NCBI GenBank assembly: GCA_963845515.1
Contig: CAWJSR010000050.1
Span: forward strand, 42,752 to 106,751
Reading direction: 5' to 3'
Length of the DNA: 64,000 bases
Source of the DNA: an uncultured delta proteobacterium
GTDB taxonomy: Bacteria; Myxococcota; Myxococcia; Myxococcales; Anaeromyxobacteraceae
Under the pieces are notes generated by a model, which saw only the letters and a program-made list of their open reading frames with translations, was not told the DNA's origin and ran no database searches. Of this stretch, positions 55,600 through 64,000 are shown piece by piece; position 1 is the first letter of the stretch; each line of letters opens with the position of its first letter. The position numbers and the translations under genes are program-made.

Positions 55600-56187
55600 A
55601 TGGGCGACAGCGACAGCAAGGATCGGAAGCGAGCGCTCCGCGCCGAGCTCATACAGGTCCGCGCGCGCCTGTCCCGCGAGGATCGCGCCGAGCGCTCGCG
55701 CGCCATCGCCGAGCGGGCCGCGGCCATACCTGAGCTGATGGCTGCACGGACGGTCGCCCTCTACGCCCCGCTGAACACCGAGGTGGATCCCGCCGGGATC
55801 GGGCGGCGCCTTGTTGCTGCGGGGGGGCGCGTCGCCTACCCGCGGGTGCAGCAGGCTGGGAGGATCCTCGCGTTCGCCGAGTGCGATCCGACGGCGCTCG
55901 TCCGCGGGCCGCTCGGTGCGCTCGAGCCGCCCTCCAGCGCCAGGGTGGTCGACCTCGGGGACCTCGACGCCGTGCTCATGCCCGGAGTCGCCTTCTCGCT
56001 GGACGGCCTCAGGCTGGGGCGCGGTGGCGGCTACTACGACGCGACCCTGAAGCTGATCCCGGCCCGCTCGCTCCGGATCGGGCTCGGCTTCGACGTGCAG
56101 GTGGTCCCGACGCTGCCCAGGGAGCCGCACGACGTCCCGCTCGACTCCCTGGTGACCGACGCCCGCACGCTCCGCTTCCCGCGTTGA
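55600..56187 (+). CDS. ygfA: 5-formyltetrahydrofolate cyclo-ligase
   Basis: KRALR, EVD, PGVAFS.DG.RLGRGGGYYD, P.EPHD..LD..VT. Confidence 0.95.
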   Translation: MGDSDSKDRKRALRAELIQVRARLSREDRAERSRAIAERAAAIPELMAARTVALYAPLNTEVDPAGIGRRLVAAGGRVAYPRVQQAGRILAFAECDPTALVRGPLGALEPPSSARVVDLGDLDAVLMPGVAFSLDGLRLGRGGGYYDATLKLIPARSLRIGLGFDVQVVPTLPREPHDVPLDSLVTDARTLRFPR

Positions 56188-56239
56188 CAGGGAGCCGGCC
56201 AGCGGGAGAGATTCCCCCGCCTCCAGCCCGGTACCCCAC

Positions 56240-57032
56240 GTGAAAGTCCTCTTCCTCGGCGACGTCTTCGGAAAGCCCGGCCGGCAGGCCGTGCAGCGGC
56301 TGGTCCCGCGCCTCATAACCCGGCTCGCCGCGGACCTGGTGGTGGCCAACGCCGAGAACGCCTCCAACGGGCTGGGCGTCACGCCCGAGGCCGCGGACGA
56401 GATCCTGGCGTCGGAGATCGACCTGCTCACGAGCGGCAACCACATCTGGTCGAAGCGCGAGATCGGTCCATACCTCGAGGCGCCCGACTCGCGCCTCCTG
56501 CGCCCCGCCAACTACCCGGCCGGCGCCCCCGGCCGCGGCCGCAAGGTGATCCAGACGCCCGACGGGCGCAAGCTGGGCGTGGTCAACCTCGAGGGGCGCG
56601 TCTTCATGAAGGCGCTCGACGACCCCTTCCCTGCCGCGCTCGCGGAGATCGCCGCGCTGAAGGCCGAGGGGTGCCGCGCCATCCTCGTGGACTTCCACGC
56701 CGAGGCCACGAGCGAGAAGACCGCGATGGGCCATCACCTCGACGGCAAGGTCTCGGCGGTCGTCGGGACCCACACCCACGTCCAGACGGCCGACGAGCGG
56801 CTCCTGCCGGGCGGCACGGCGTTCATCGCCGACGTCGGCATGTGCGGGCCGCGCGACTCGGTGATCGGCGTGCGCAAGGAGCTGGTGCTGGAGCGGTTCC
56901 TCACGCAGCGCCCGGTCTCCTTCGAGCCCGCGAAGAAGGACGTCTGGGTGCACGGCGTGCATCATCGACATCGACGACAAGACCGGCCTCGCGCGATCGA
57001 TCGCGCGGGTGCAGGAGCGCGTCGAGGAGTAG
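56240..57032 (+). CDS. ymdB: YmdB/TIGR00282 metallophosphoesterase (apparent +1 frameshift near 56960)
   Basis: LFLGDV.G.PG, NAEN, TSGNH, DFHAEATSEK, GTHTHVQTAD. The corrected end reads IIDIDDKTGLARSIARVQERVEE*. Confidence 0.93.
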
Positions 57033-57050
57033 GCAGGGCGGGCGAGGGGG

Positions 57051-58313
57051 CTACTCGATCACGAGCAGCGCGTAGTTCTTCTTCCCCTTCTGCAGCATCA
57101 CGAAGCCGCCGGCCAGCAGGTCGGCCGCGGCGAGCGCGCGCTCCGGGGCGTCGATGGGCGCGCCGTTCAGCGAGAAGCCCTTCCCCTGGATGCCGCGCCG
57201 CGCGTCCCCCTTGGAGGAGGCGAGCCCCGCCCGCACGAGCGCGTCGAGGATGGGGAGCCCGGACAGCTCCGCCTTCGGCACCTTCACCGCCGGGATCTCG
57301 CCGGCGAGGACGCCGAGCGTCTCGGCGCTCGCGGAGCGCAGGTCGGTGCCGCCGAAGAGGATCCGGCTCGCCTCGACGACCCCCTTCGCGGTGGCCTCGC
57401 CGTGGACGCGCGCGGTCATCTCCTCGGCGAGCCTACGCTGCGCGAGCCGCTTGCCGCGGTCTGCGTCGTGCTCGGCGAGGACGGCGTCGAGCCCGGCCAG
57501 CGGCAGGAAGCTGAAGAACTTGAAGACCCGCTCGACGTCGCGGTCGTCGGTGTTGAGCCAGAACTGGAAGAACTTGTAGGGAGAGGTCTTGGCGGGGTCG
57601 AGCCAGACGGCCCCCTCCTCGGTCTTGCCGAACTTCGCCCCCGAGGAGGTGGTGAGGAGCGGGAAGACGAGCCCGTGGGCCCCCTTCCCCTCCTTGCGCG
57701 AGATGAACTCGGTCCCGGCGGTGATGTTGCCCCACTGGTCGCTGCCGCCCATCTGCAGCTCGCAGCCGTCGTGCTTGAGCAGCCACCAGAAGTCGTAGGC
57801 CTGGATGAGCTGGTAGGTGAACTCGGTGTAGGAGATGCCGGACTCCATCCGGTTCTTCACCGAGTCCTTGGCCAGCATGTAGTTGACGGTGAAGTGCTTG
57901 CCGCAGTCGCGCAGGAACTCCATGAGCCCCAGCGGGCGGAGCCAGTCGGCGTTGTTCCGTACGCGCGCGGCGTTCTCACCCTCGAAGGAGACGAACTTCT
58001 CGAGCTGGGCGCGTATGCAGGCGACGTTGTGGTCGATCGCCTCCACGGTGAGGACCGGCCGCTCGCTCCGCTTGCCGCTCGGGTCGCCGACCATGCCGGT
58101 CCCGCCGCCGACCACGATGATGGGCGTGCCGCCGGTCCGCTGCAGCCAGGCGAGCCCCATCACCGGGAGCAGGTGGCCGACGTGGAGCGAGTCGGCGGTG
58201 GGGTCGAAGCCGACGTAGCCGGCGATGGGCCCCTGCGCGAGCCGGTCCTGGAGGCCGGGGGTGAGATCCTGCAGCAGGCCGCGGGGCTTCAGTTCGTCGA
58301 TCAGCGTGGTCAT
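57051..58313 (-). CDS. tyrS: Tyrosine--tRNA ligase
   Basis: [37 protein letters not shown]4 domain. Confidence 0.98.
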   Translation of the reverse strand: MTTLIDELKPRGLLQDLTPGLQDRLAQGPIAGYVGFDPTADSLHVGHLLPVMGLAWLQRTGGTPIIVVGGGTGMVGDPSGKRSERPVLTVEAIDHNVACIRAQLEKFVSFEGENAARVRNNADWLRPLGLMEFLRDCGKHFTVNYMLAKDSVKNRMESGISYTEFTYQLIQAYDFWWLLKHDGCELQMGGSDQWGNITAGTEFISRKEGKGAHGLVFPLLTTSSGAKFGKTEEGAVWLDPAKTSPYKFFQFWLNTDDRDVERVFKFFSFLPLAGLDAVLAEHDADRGKRLAQRRLAEEMTARVHGEATAKGVVEASRILFGGTDLRSASAETLGVLAGEIPAVKVPKAELSGLPILDALVRAGLASSKGDARRGIQGKGFSLNGAPIDAPERALAAADLLAGGFVMLQKGKKNYALLVIE

Positions 58314-58322
58314 GAGCGGGCG

Positions 58323-58940
58323 TCACCTTACCGGATTTGGCTTCCCCAGGAAGCTCTTCCCGATCACGAAGACCTCGTACGAGTGCTCGCGCGTGGCCTT
58401 CGGCCGGGCGACGTCGACGCGCTCGTAGCGCTCCTTCACCTCGGCGCGGAAGATCGGGAAGTCGCCGCCCATGAAGACCTTCGTGACGAAGCTGCCGCCC
58501 AGCTTCAGCGTCTCGTCGGCGGTCCGCATCGCCATGCGGCAGAGGTCCAGCGAGCGGGCCTCGTCGGTCACCTTGATCCCGATCGTCTTCGGCGCCATGT
58601 CGCTCGTGACGAGGTCGAAGGGCTTGGGCGAGATGGCGCGGATCTTGTCGATGGCGTCGGGCGCGAGCAGGTCGACGACGGCGGTCTTCACCCACGCCTT
58701 GCCGAGGTTCCGGATCGGCTCCAGGTCCACCCCGACCACGAGCCCGGTCTCGCCGACGACCTCGGCGAGGATCTGGAGGAACCCGCCGGGGGCCGCGCCG
58801 AGATCGAGGACCGACTCACCCTTGCGCAGCAGCTTCTGCCGGTGGAGGATCTCGTCGATCTTGAACGCGGAGCGGGCGCGCAGCCCCTGCTTCTTGGCCT
58901 TGCGAAAGTAGAAGTCCTTCGGGTCGTAGGGCTTTCCCAT
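58323..58940 (-). CDS. rlmE: 23S rRNA methyltransferase RlmE/FtsJ
   Basis: RARSAFKI, LDLGAAPGG, SDMAP, FVTKVF, KP.ATR..S.E-like end. Confidence 0.95.
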   Translation of the reverse strand: MGKPYDPKDFYFRKAKKQGLRARSAFKIDEILHRQKLLRKGESVLDLGAAPGGFLQILAEVVGETGLVVGVDLEPIRNLGKAWVKTAVVDLLAPDAIDKIRAISPKPFDLVTSDMAPKTIGIKVTDEARSLDLCRMAMRTADETLKLGGSFVTKVFMGGDFPIFRAEVKERYERVDVARPKATREHSYEVFVIGKSFLGKPNPVR

Positions 58941-59010
58941 GTCTCTCCGCTGATTGCCGGACGTCGGCGGCGGGCAGTATCCTTCTTCACCCGGCGACCG
59001 CCAACTCGAC

Positions 59011-59394
59011 ATGTCATCCAGGACCGTCCTCCTCGTCTGCGGCCCGCTGGCCGCCATCGGCCTCGCCGCCGCCGTCTCCGGCACCGTCCGCGTCGCCCAC
59101 GCGCGCCGGGACCTCGCCGCGCTCGCGGCGACGAGCGCCTTCGAGGGGCGCGCCTTCGCCGAGACGCTCCGCGGCGCGCACGCCCAGCGGCAGCTTGGGG
59201 CGCTCACCGAGCGCCGTGCCATCGCCCGGCAGCTCGCGGCCGCCAGGCGTGACCGCCTCCTGGGGGTGATCCTCCTCGTCGGGAGCATCCTGGCGTGGTT
59301 CGGCCTGCGGGCGCTCCGGCGGATGGCCGACGAGAACGCGGAGGATCGGCACCATCTCTCGGCAGCGGGGAAAATCGATTGGAAGGGTCCGTAA
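59011..59394 (+). CDS. Hypothetical membrane protein
   Basis: Two hydrophobic segments; divergent from rlmE. Confidence 0.6.
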   Translation: MSSRTVLLVCGPLAAIGLAAAVSGTVRVAHARRDLAALAATSAFEGRAFAETLRGAHAQRQLGALTERRAIARQLAAARRDRLLGVILLVGSILAWFGLRALRRMADENAEDRHHLSAAGKIDWKGP

Positions 59395-59450
59395 CACAAA
59401 GACTTTTTTCCCCGGGGCTGCTTGACTTGATCGCGCCCGGCGGGGCATAA

Positions 59451-59693
<243 letters not shown>

Positions 59694-59747
59694 CCTTCGA
59701 TAGCACCCCTCGGTGGCGCTGCCACCGCAGTGCCATTCGCGTAATGT

Positions 59748-60118
<371 letters not shown>

Positions 60119-60182
60119 GGCGCCGCCTCCTCTCCCACTCGAGGTGCGCGCTATACTGCCGCACCTCGAGCCGGGAGACGCC

Positions 60183-60740
60183 ATGGCAAGGACCGTGAAG
60201 CTGGACCGCAGCAAGGCTGCCGTCCTCATCATCGACGTTCAGGAGCGGCTGGTGCCGGCGATCGAGCCGGTAGCGCTCGCCCGCGTGCTGAAGTACTCGC
60301 GCGCGCTCGTCGGGACGGCGAAGGAGATGGGGATCCCGGTCTTCGGCACCGAGCAGTATCCGAAGGGGCTCGGGCCGATGGTGAAGGAGATCGCCGAGCT
60401 GCTCCCCTCCCCGTCGCTGACCAAGACGACCTTCTCCTGCACCGCCGACGAGGGCATCGCCAAGGCGCTCGCCGCGACCGGCCGCAAGCAGGTGATCGTC
60501 GCCGGGATGGAGACCCACGTCTGCGTCTTCCAGACGGTGCGCGACCTGGTGGCGGCGGGCTACGAGGTCCACGTCTGCGCCGACGCCGTGGCCAGCCGGA
60601 CCGAGGAGCACCGGAAGGTGGGGATCGACCTGGCGCGCGAGGTCGGCGCCATCGTGACGACCGCCGAGACGGCCATCTTCGACCTGCTCCACGAGGCCGG
60701 GACGGCGGAGTTCAAGAAGGTCTCGCCGCTGGTGAGGTAG
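60183..60740 (+). CDS. Isochorismatase family hydrolase
   Basis: IIDVQERL, TEQYPKGLG, K..FSC, GMETHVCV.QT. Confidence 0.93.
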   Translation: MARTVKLDRSKAAVLIIDVQERLVPAIEPVALARVLKYSRALVGTAKEMGIPVFGTEQYPKGLGPMVKEIAELLPSPSLTKTTFSCTADEGIAKALAATGRKQVIVAGMETHVCVFQTVRDLVAAGYEVHVCADAVASRTEEHRKVGIDLAREVGAIVTTAETAIFDLLHEAGTAEFKKVSPLVR

Positions 60741-60781
60741 CGGCGCCTCTCCCGGGCGGGGATCACACCTGGGAGATCACA

Positions 60782-60800
60782 CCTCTCCCCCGCACCGGCG
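60782..60800. repeat. Left half of the REP split by the IS4 element (right half 62464-62481)
   Basis: Removing the IS and one duplication restores CTCTCCCCCGC-(A/T)CCG-GCGGGGGAGAG. Confidence 0.8.
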
Positions 60801-60813
60801 CTGACCATTGATC

Positions 60814-62281
60814 TCATTTCCGACGCTTGGCGGCAGCGACGATGTCAGCGGCTTCGAGGACGGTGGCGGCGCCGGCGATGAAGTCGAGGCCGCGGCCGAT
60901 GGTGATGGCTCCGGCGGGGCCACCGGATGACTTGCCTGTGTAGCCGCCGAAGCGGGCGACCCAGAGGATGGCCTCGCCCGAGCGTCATCTCGTTCTCGTC
61001 GGGAGGAACCTCCTTCGACTGGCGACGGCCGCCCCGCGCGACGGGCTGGTTCAGCGCGTCGTAGGCGAGGATCGCGATCGCCTTTCGCTCGTAGGGCGAC
61101 AGCTCGGCGGCGGCAGGCTCGTCGGGGGTGGTGCGGGACTTGTGCTTGAGGTGCTCTGCGCGAGCGGCGACGGCGGCGTGCATGACGGCGAAGATGATCG
61201 CAGCGTGCATGGAGTGCAACTGGGTCTGCTCGACGTTGCAGCGCCCTGACTTCCAGGTCTTGTGGAAGTCCTCGATGCGCCAGCGCATCTGGTAGCTGCG
61301 GACGACGGCGAGCGCTTGGTCGGGGGCATCGATCGGAGCGTTGGTGAGGAGCATCCAGTCGAGCGGCTTCTCGCCGTGCGGCGTGGTGCCGACCTCGACC
61401 GCCCAGACGACGTTCAGCTCGAGGACGCTGGCAGTTCCGTGCCAACGGTCCTTGAGCAGCAGCTGAACCCGCTTCGTCCGAACGATCATCGTCGCGGTGC
61501 GAGCCTTGCGCTTGTGCGCGGCCGGGACCGCCACGGCGTATTTCGCCACGACGGGTGCCTTCGCCATCACGCCCCGCAGGTAGCGCCGCTCGCCATTTCT
61601 TCCGGCGACGAGGAGACGGTTCCAGGAGGAGCGGACGGTGAACCGGGACCCGAGCGACGCGAGGGTCTGGAGCATCGTCCGCGAGTCCCCCTCCCGGTCG
61701 ACGAGGAACCAAGCCTTGGCGGCGTCGACGTGGTTCGCCGCGTGCCGGATGACGTCCAGCCAGCGCTGCGTCTCCTTCTCACGCACCTCCCGCATCCGGT
61801 TGTCGGTGGACTTGAGCTTGCGCCGGGTTCGCTTCTTCCGAGCCCAGAACTCCTGCCAGAGCACGCCCAGCGGGACGCCGGCCATGCTGACTGCGTAGGC
61901 GGTGATGACCTTCAGGCCCCGCGCGCCGTGGCTGTGGCTGCCGACCTGGCCGAAGTCCTTCCTCCCGCGGGGGTCCGCAAGAGTGAGGCTCGAGCCATCG
62001 ATGACCAGGTACGACATGCGCCGCGCTCGGTTCACGAGCGCACCCACGGCCGTCGCAAGCGCGCGGGTCAGCGCGCTCGCTTGAACGGCCGCGTTCTCGA
62101 CGAAGCGATAGGCGCGCTCCCGGGCAGCCGACGTCTGGAACACCTGCGTGATCCGCCCGCTAGGGTTCCTGACGAGCCCTGTGACGAGGGCGACGAGCGC
62201 GCCTCTTCGCCGGGCATCGCCCAGGTCCGCGTGGCCGAAGAACGTTCTGGCGAAGGCTCTGGCGCCGGTCGGGATCGTCAT
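60814..62281 (-). CDS. IS4/Tn5-like DDE transposase (apparent +1 frameshift near 60978)
   Basis: DLGDARR, AYRF..N, IDGS, DREGD, WMLLT, YREK motif Y..RW.IE.FHK.WK. The corrected tail reads EAILWVARFGGY...GAITIGRG...*. Confidence 0.92.
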
Positions 62282-62359
62282 GACCCCGCACCAGATCACG
62301 GCTTCGACCGCCACGCGATCGAACGGACGCCCCCTGAAACTGGAATGCCGGGCCGTCAG

Positions 62360-62400
62360 CCCCCTCACCCGGCCTCTCCCCCGAGGGCTCGGGGGAGAGG
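62360..62400. repeat. Complete REP-like palindrome inside the IS4 5' non-coding region
   Basis: CCCCCTCACCCGGCCTCTCCCCCGAG-GG-CTCGGGGGAGAGG. Confidence 0.85.
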
Positions 62401-62541
62401 AGGAAACTCACCGCGAAGCCCGCGTCACCTCGGCCGATTCCGCACGAAGTGATGAATGGTCAGCGCTCCGGCGGGGGAGAGATCCTATGAAGGGCCGTTC
62501 GGAGCGAGACTCCTGGGTGCGACCCACAAGGAGGACTCGCG

Positions 62542-63678
62542 ATGATCCGAACGGCCCTTGAAGAGGATACGACTACTGCGAAGCGGACGCTCTACCTCGC
62601 GCTGGAACTTAGCCGGAAGACCTGGAAGCTTGGTTTCTCGGCGGGCGGCAAGAAGATTCGAACCGTAGCTGTGGACGGCGGATCGGTTCCGAGCGTGCTC
62701 GACGAAGTGAAAAAGGCGAAATCGAAGCTCGGTCTGTCCGACGGCGCCCGCGTGCTCAGTTGCTACGAGGCCGGGCGCGATGGCTTCTGGATCCATCGAC
62801 TGCTGGCGGCGGCCGGAGTCGAGAATCTCGTCGTGGACCCATCCAGCATCGAAGTTGACCGGCGCGCGCGGAGGGCGAAGACGGACCGGCTCGACGCGAC
62901 GAAATTGGTGCAGCAACTCGTGCGGCACGACGAGCGGGGCGACCGGCTGCGAGCCGTGCGCATTCCATCGGTAGATGAAGAGGACGCCCGGCGGCCGGTC
63001 CGGGAGTTGGGTCGATTGAAGCAGGAGCGTGGCGCGCACTCCAACCGGATCCGCGGACTGCTTACGCTGCACGGTCTCGGGGGGCTCAGGGTAGTAAGGG
63101 GCTTTCACCTGCTCGTGGACGCGCTGCGGAGCGCGGACGGTGAACTGCTACCAGAGAAGGTACGCGAAGAACTGAAGCGCGAGGCCGCACGCCTCGATCT
63201 AGTCCGCGACCAGATCCTGAAGGTGGAGCGCGCGCGGGCGACCGCGCTGAAGGCCAGGCCCAGCAAGGCGATGGAGATGGCGGCGATGCTGATGTCGCTC
63301 CTGGGCGTCGGGGCCAACGCGGCCACGATCCTCGCTTGCGAGTTCTTCGCGTGGCGCGATTTCAAGAACGGCAAGCAGGTCGGCGCCTGTGCCGGGATGA
63401 CGGGGACGCCGTACGACAGCGGAGACGTGCGCCGCGAGCAAGGCATAAGCAAAGCGGGGAACTGGCGAGTCCGAGCCGTCATGGTCGAGCTCGCCTGGTT
63501 CTGGCTCAGGTACCAGCCAGGGAGTCGGCTCTCGCGGTGGTGGTCCGATCGCTTCGGGGCGGCCACCGGAAGGATGAAGCGCGTCGGCATTGTGGCCCTC
63601 GCGCGGAAACTACTCGTCGCGCTCTGGCGCTTCGCGACGCAGGGGATCGTTCCGGACGGAGCACTGACGCGAGCGTAG
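62542..63678 (+). CDS. IS110 family transposase (RuvC-like DEDD recombinase)
   Basis: YLALELS...W, CYEAG, RAKTDRLDA, GVG, G.TGTPYDSG....GISKAGN, VALARKL; AAGGAGG RBS. Confidence 0.96.
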   Translation: MIRTALEEDTTTAKRTLYLALELSRKTWKLGFSAGGKKIRTVAVDGGSVPSVLDEVKKAKSKLGLSDGARVLSCYEAGRDGFWIHRLLAAAGVENLVVDPSSIEVDRRARRAKTDRLDATKLVQQLVRHDERGDRLRAVRIPSVDEEDARRPVRELGRLKQERGAHSNRIRGLLTLHGLGGLRVVRGFHLLVDALRSADGELLPEKVREELKREAARLDLVRDQILKVERARATALKARPSKAMEMAAMLMSLLGVGANAATILACEFFAWRDFKNGKQVGACAGMTGTPYDSGDVRREQGISKAGNWRVRAVMVELAWFWLRYQPGSRLSRWWSDRFGAATGRMKRVGIVALARKLLVALWRFATQGIVPDGALTRA

Positions 63679-63699
63679 TTGTCGTGACGACTGGAGCCA

Positions 63700-63960
63700 C
63701 ACTGAACACAGGAGGATGAAGGAGCGCGAAGGTTTCCCAGGTCTGGCGAGCCCGCACCCATCCCGGGTCGGAGACGACCGATTGAGAGAGGGGGCTCGTC
63801 ATTAAACGGTTCGCGGCGCCAGGAGCGGCGCATACAGCATCGGGTGACCCGGCCAGAGCCGGGCACGGATAGAAGGTGGTCCGGCGTCACGAGGACCCCG
63901 GCCCCACGAACGAACCGGCCAGAGAAGCCGACGTCGTCCAGAGAACGATGAACAACAACC
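63700..63960 (+). ncRNA. Putative bridge/seek RNA of the IS110 element (boundaries approximate)
   Basis: Position in the IS1111-type 3' end. Stem TGGCGAGCCC/GGGCTCGTCA encloses an internal loop and a GAGA-capped hairpin. Loop segments match the REP target and the element end. Confidence 0.7.
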
Positions 63961-64000
63961 ACCCGACAGGGAGCCTTGACCCCAAGGCCCTCATAGAAGG

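Larger units (their letters stand above)
60801..62463 (-). mobile_element. IS4 family (IS50-like) insertion sequence, 1663 bp
   Basis: Terminal inverted repeats CTGACCATTGATC and CTGACCATTCATC. 10-bp target duplication CGCACCGGCG (60791-60800) and CGCTCCGGCG (62464-62473), one mismatch. Confidence 0.9.
62480..63999 (+). mobile_element. IS110 family element with IS1111-type architecture
   Basis: Subterminal inverted repeats CTATGAAGGGCC (62485-62496) and GGCCCTCATAG (63986-63996). Short 5' end and about 320-nt 3' non-coding end. AG at both boundaries. The right flank is essentially outside the window. Confidence 0.85.

Noticed and set aside
60755..60790. Tandem GATCACACCT duplication beside the IS4 site
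   Set aside because: Only two short copies, with no support for a role beyond local slippage.

Overview
GC-rich bacterial chromosome segment, most likely Myxococcota (Anaeromyxobacter-like, judged from gene content and order). Most of the window is housekeeping: rimP-nusA-ylxR-infB; xseA-xseB-response regulator-ispA-dxs-tlyA; lysS-lolC/E-lolD-bamA-skp-lpxD-fabZ-lpxA-lpxI-yggU; hemE-hemN-hemH; a GH57/DUF4912 glycogen pair; an NtrY/NtrX-like pair; glnE; nfo; a TPR-kinase-Slt cluster; 6S RNA-ygfA-ymdB; tyrS; rlmE; and two ferredoxins. Two accessory zones (about 3.9-8.5 kb and 60.8-64 kb) are linked by one family of REP-like palindromes (CCCTCACCCnnCCTCTCCCCC-loop-GGGGGAGAGG). (1) An IS4/IS50-like element (60801-62463) sits in the loop of one REP with a near-perfect 10-bp target duplication. 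(2) An IS110/IS1111-type element sits in the right arm of the same REP; its 3' non-coding end folds into bridge/seek-RNA-like loops whose candidate guides match the REP and the element's own end. (3) A 1771-bp transposase-less element with the same CTGACCATT ends carries an HNH endonuclease gene and lies in the loop of another REP. Seven single-base frameshifts, one in essential bamA, point to sequencing or assembly indels. All calls were made by eye from motifs; no database search or folding program was run.
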